The position numbers were made by a program, and so were the translations under genes. The notes under the pieces were generated by a model that saw nothing but the letters and a program-made list of their open reading frames with translations, searched no databases and was not told where the DNA came from. From positions 28,458,001 through 28,522,000 of the forward strand of contig NW_027266308.1 in assembly GCF_022045235.1 (NCBI RefSeq): DNA of 64,000 nt, read 5' to 3'. The DNA comes from Haliotis cracherodii. Its lineage: Eukaryota. Below are positions 59,687-64,000 of this stretch, in pieces; within the stretch, counting starts at the first letter, position 1, and each line of letters opens with the position of its first letter.

Positions 59687-62600
59687 ATGAGGGCCGCACT
59701 AGCAAGGACCATCCGCTGCATATGTCATCAGACAGTTAACCCACCAGGAAGGCTATGTTTAAGAGGATTTGTGTTGCAGAATTCTGGTAAAGTCAGCCAT
59801 CATGTGGGAGTGTGTTCTCTCTCTTCGTCCTCGTCAACTATCCTACGGAGCCCTTTTCCCGACGAAGACATCGCTGAGGCCCCTTTGGCTGAACATATGC
59901 TTCATCGTTTCTTCTCGCTGGGAGATCTAGATGCCTTGGTACGTGTCATCTTAAGGTAAAACTAAATGTGTCATGCTCCAGTAAGTGTGACCCCAACCAC
60001 TGCAGCTACACGCTGTGGTATTTCAAATATTTACAACGTGTCATGTTCTCGGAGCGGAGGTTAGATTGACAATAAGGTAAGACATTTGACTGGTGGATTA
60101 CCGGTGGCTCCTATCTGCATGTTACACGGACGCCATGGTATTGGTGATGTTAACGAACCCATACCATGTACTTCATAAACATATCATACGTTCCGCATGA
60201 GTGAGATGAGGTGGGTTTAACGTCACGTTTAAGCTTAAGATTGTTGCACTTACAATATAGCGACGAGTGCGCGCGTGCGTCAGCGTGTGCGTATGCGGAC
60301 TAATTCCAATTTCATAGTGCTAGGCAGGCAGGGTAACAACAAGTACCATCTTTTAACGTCTTTTGGTATGACGTGGCCGGAGACCGAACCATGACCTTCC
60401 GCTCTCCGGGTGGACGCTCTATCCACAAGACCACATCTTCCGAAGCAAGGGAGTTAACTGCCTTTAAAAGTCCAGTTTCCACCCTTGCCGAACAAGGTTG
60501 TTATTCATGGGCTCGACCGTAGCGCCACCAGTGATTATTATTGTCCCTTCTGAGCCTCGCCTATGGACCAATCAGATTCCACCTCTCGTATCACCTGCAT
60601 TTGTATCAAACAAAATGGCGGCGCCCGGTCAAGACGATCTGATCGATAATCAAGCTCTATTGTGTGATAAAACGGGTCTTACATCGCGAAGTGCATCAAA
60701 TTGCGTGAGCACCTTGATTAAAAATATGAAACGATTTGAAAAATATTTGTTGACAACGATTTGGCGGTGTACATGCTTTGCAAATCCTGCAATCGACCGA
60801 AATCTACACGACAGTTTACTGACCGGATTTCGATTTTCGTTGCGCGATTTTGATTGGACTATGTAGAGACTCGTTAGTCCAGCCAAAATGTAACCCCATA
60901 ATACCAGTCTAGTTCGGCAAGGGTGGAAACCGGACTTTTATAGTCAGTTAACTCACTTGCCTCAGGAAGATGCAAGACCATGGAGGCGGTCTTTCGACGG
61001 TTATTCAACATATCGATACATAGTGTAGAAAACTAAAGGTACTTATGTATCCCTCTTTGAAATTGAGTTAGGAGATAAACATTATGTGTTTTCAGATTTG
61101 TAGGTTCGCTGTGCAGAGTTGCGTCCCTTGGACACGGCAGAAACCTATGATGGTTCGAATCCCGGTTCGCCCAGATTATGTTTCTAGGTTTGTCAGCACC
61201 ATACCCGTGCACGTGGGTTTCACCAAAGTGGTAAACGTCAGTGACATGCATCACTTCGGGCTTTCCTCCCACATTAAACTGACACGCCGTGTAATAACTG
61301 GAATACTGTTAAAAGCGACGTTAAACCCAACACACTCACTCACTACATATGATGATGTCAGCCCCGAAACGTCGAATAAAGAAGTTGCTGTCTTTAAAGG
61401 TTTTTTGCCTTCCCGTTCTTCCAACTTCTAAATCATGGACTCCATTGTACAACACTTTACGACCAGATTATAACATACACTCCGATTCGTTTTCAAATAC
61501 CGAACAAATCAAGTCTTTGGAAGAAAATATGGTGTTAATGTGACGTTATAACACACGCCCTTAAAACAGCCCCAAGTTTCATTCAATTCATGCTAATCTC
61601 ACTCTCCCTAGAAGTGTGGCGGTAGGGTAGCCTAGTGGTTAAAGCGTTTGCTCCTCACGCCAAAGACCCAGGTTCGATTCCCCACATGGGTAATATGTGT
61701 GAAGCCTATTTCTGGTGTTCCCCGCCGTGATATTTCTGGAATATTGCTAAAAGCGGCGTAAAACCATACTCACTCACTCATTATCTAGAAGTCATTTGTG
61801 GTTTACGTGGAAGCTATATAAACGCCATGTCACTGCGAACTGTAAATGTGCCAGGCAAACCAGTGATTGAAAGAATCGGACAAGATGACATGCAATGCAA
61901 TCAGTCATGCACAAAATGCCATCTCACCTCAGTCAGTAGGGGTGAATTGGTTAATGCATATAGTCGTATCCCAATTGTTTGGATCGATGATCATAAACAT
62001 GTTTAACCCGCCTTTTTATTTTGAGGAAATACGGTATGCTTTGTGTTTGGACGAACTCATCGACCTTTATAATGTTTGTACCGTTTCATAGGACAGGGGT
62101 CTTGTCAAAAGAGGAATGACTTTCACAGCTGCATCATTGCTCCCTGTGTACCCGTGAAGATCCGGATAGGTCTTCAGCAACCCATGCTTGCCGCAAAAGG
62201 CGACTATGATTGTCGTAAGAAGCTAGTAACGAGATCGGGTGGTCAGGCTCGCTAACTTGGTTGATGTATATCATCGTATCCCAAATGCGTAGATCGATGC
62301 TCATGATGTCAGTCACTTGATTGGCTCGATTGTTTACAGACATAAACATGTTATTTAGCTGGAATATTGCTGAGTGCGGTATTAAACAACAAGCAGCCAA
62401 CAATCAACCAAAGAATGTCTCTCATTGAAGTCCCAAGTTAAGCGCCGCCACCCCAGATAATATAGATCTACATTGTTATTATTACTTTTAATTAATGTTG
62501 TTGGTTTTTTGTGTGCAATATTGCGAATTCATCAATGCCCATATGCTCTACACACGTCCTAAAATACATAAAGTACGGCGTTAAGCAACAAACAAACAAT

Positions 62601-62902
62601 TGGCACCAATTGGGTCATTGTCCACGTTAAATTCACGCCATGTGTTGTCCTCCTTCGGTGAAAAATCTCTACAATCTTTGCTGTTACTGTTAAGGTCGAC
62701 TATGACACGAAAGAGATCTACACCTTCTCTGAGCTGTCCGATGCCGTCGTAGCAGTCGCTAGCAGCCTCACCAGACGGGGATACGTCAAGGGAGACGTCA
62801 TCGCGGTCGTCACTCCCAACAACGTCCACATAACATCACTGGTGCTCGGCGTGTCGGCGATTGGAGCCACTGTTGCAATGATCGACCCGACGTTAACTCC
62901 AG
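59687..62902 (+). CDS. Second 4CL/luciferase-like paralog, partial; exons 59687-59938 and 62695-62902, continuing beyond the window
   Basis: RSPFPDEDI is shared with paralog 1 and the first intron is at the same position. Exon 2 is again 208 nt, phase 0/1, and encodes VD..T...YTFSEL..VAS.LTR.GY.KGDVIA. An in-frame upstream ATG at 59546 is an alternative start. Confidence 0.82.
60201..60991 (-). mobile_element. SINE family E interrupted by MITE C (60434-60972)
   Basis: An 8-bp TSD CAAGACCA flanks the MITE; the SINE head resumes at 60973-60991. Confidence 0.8.
61104..61343 (+). mobile_element. SINE family D, 5' truncated
   Basis: B box, centre and (ACTC)n tail are present. Confidence 0.75.
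61615..61780 (+). mobile_element. SINE family A
   Basis: A and B boxes plus the shared tail. Confidence 0.8.
62149..62410 (+). mobile_element. SINE family B
   Basis: Starts ACCCGTGAAGATCCGG; shared tail. Confidence 0.75.
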
Positions 62903-63508
62903 GTACGAAATGTAACTACATCAGAATAGAAATATACAAAACCGTGGCTAATCATTGTATTAAATTAAACACTGATGCCTTCAAGTCCGGAATAATCTTA
63001 TTAAAATTAGACCTGGTTCCTCGATAAGGTACCTCTGTGTGAAGATATAACAAACCCGCTACAGAAAGGCGTGGCAGGTGAAACTTGTGTAAACTTTGAA
63101 GGAAATCTAAATCCGCAACAATGAAAGGCTCGGCCTTCATTATTTACATTCCGAACTGTTCGTTTTCGAGCAAGAAAATCAAATCGGCTGGTTTGAATGT
63201 TTGGCTCACTCGTATGTGAATTAAGAAGCAACTGACCCGACTACCACTGGATCGGTCATCAGTTCACAGAGAGGTATCGTACCGGAGTAAAAAGCCTGAT
63301 CTTGATGTCCGAAAATGTACATACCGAAAGCAGTCGGTCATTTTATTTCTTACGACTGTCTGCTTGTACATGATTGTTAAGAAGACCCGTTATTGGGCCT
63401 TTATTCCACGAAGTGACCTTAATGTTACGACTTATGTAACTGTATTGTCTTTTTGTAGGCTCAACTGGTGCGTCTTTGTGATTATGCAAAATTAATGCAT
63501 ATTGATAT

Positions 63509-63600
63509 CATCTTCCCGAGGCAAGGGAGTTTACTGACTGTACAAGTCCAGTGGAAACGGGACTTTTATAGTCAGTTAACTCCCTTGCGTCGGGGAAATG
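63509..63600. mobile_element. MITE family C reduced to its two TIRs
   Basis: CATCTTCCCGAGGCAAGGGAG ... CTCCCTTGCGTCGGGGAAATG; flanks ATTGATAT / AATGATAA. Confidence 0.7.
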
Positions 63601-63610
63601 AATGATAATG

Positions 63611-64000
63611 GCTGCAATCTCATTAAAATCAGATCTAAGTTCTCGCTGCCGCTTAACAAAGATCACGGGTCACGTCAGAACAACCGTTCGCAGACTTTGA
63701 ACGCCCACTGAAACGACTCACAAGATGTCGACATCAGCCAATTAGAAAACAGCTTTCCCGAGCTAAACGACACTCGTTTCAACCTGGAGACTTCCATTTT
63801 AGACTACGGTTGAAAAATATGTTGACACAGTTCTCCATTAAAAGTTTGAAAACTGAACAAACGAACATTCCGGAATGTCTAATATATGGTTGCGATTGTA
63901 TGGCAGTGCTTCCCACGTACTGTGCAACGCCTCCTCCGTTCAAATGTTTATCCAACGGAAGCGAGAGATAGACGATAATTTTGACGGAATCAGTCGTACG
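63611..64000 (+). repeat. Unclassified dispersed repeat, copy 2
   Basis: Match to 56497-56900. Confidence 0.65.

Overview
AT-rich, intron-containing animal genomic DNA. It is probably a mollusc; the SINE/MITE repertoire resembles what I recall from abalone (Haliotis), which I cannot verify here. I spliced four genes by hand with consistent GT-AG boundaries and reading phases: TMEM179-like (+, 4 exons, 230 aa); CCDC85-like (-, 6 coding exons, about 650 aa, with a long Pro/Ser/His/Met-rich C-terminal extension); a complete 4-coumarate:CoA-ligase/firefly-luciferase-like ANL enzyme (+, 10 exons, 589 aa); and the first two exons of a diverged tandem paralog that runs off the window. Both ANL enzymes begin with mitochondrial-presequence-like leaders, and the complete one has no PTS1. 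A probable first exon of a fifth gene lies head-to-head with TMEM179. The rest is dominated by four SINE families sharing one 3' tail, several MITE families (some nested, with TSDs), LINE and Tc1 remnants, Penelope-type hammerhead-ribozyme-like remnants, a 34-bp minisatellite and an assembly gap. Most short ORFs in the supplied track are repeat-derived noise. Repeat boundaries were read by eye and are approximate unless a TSD is given.
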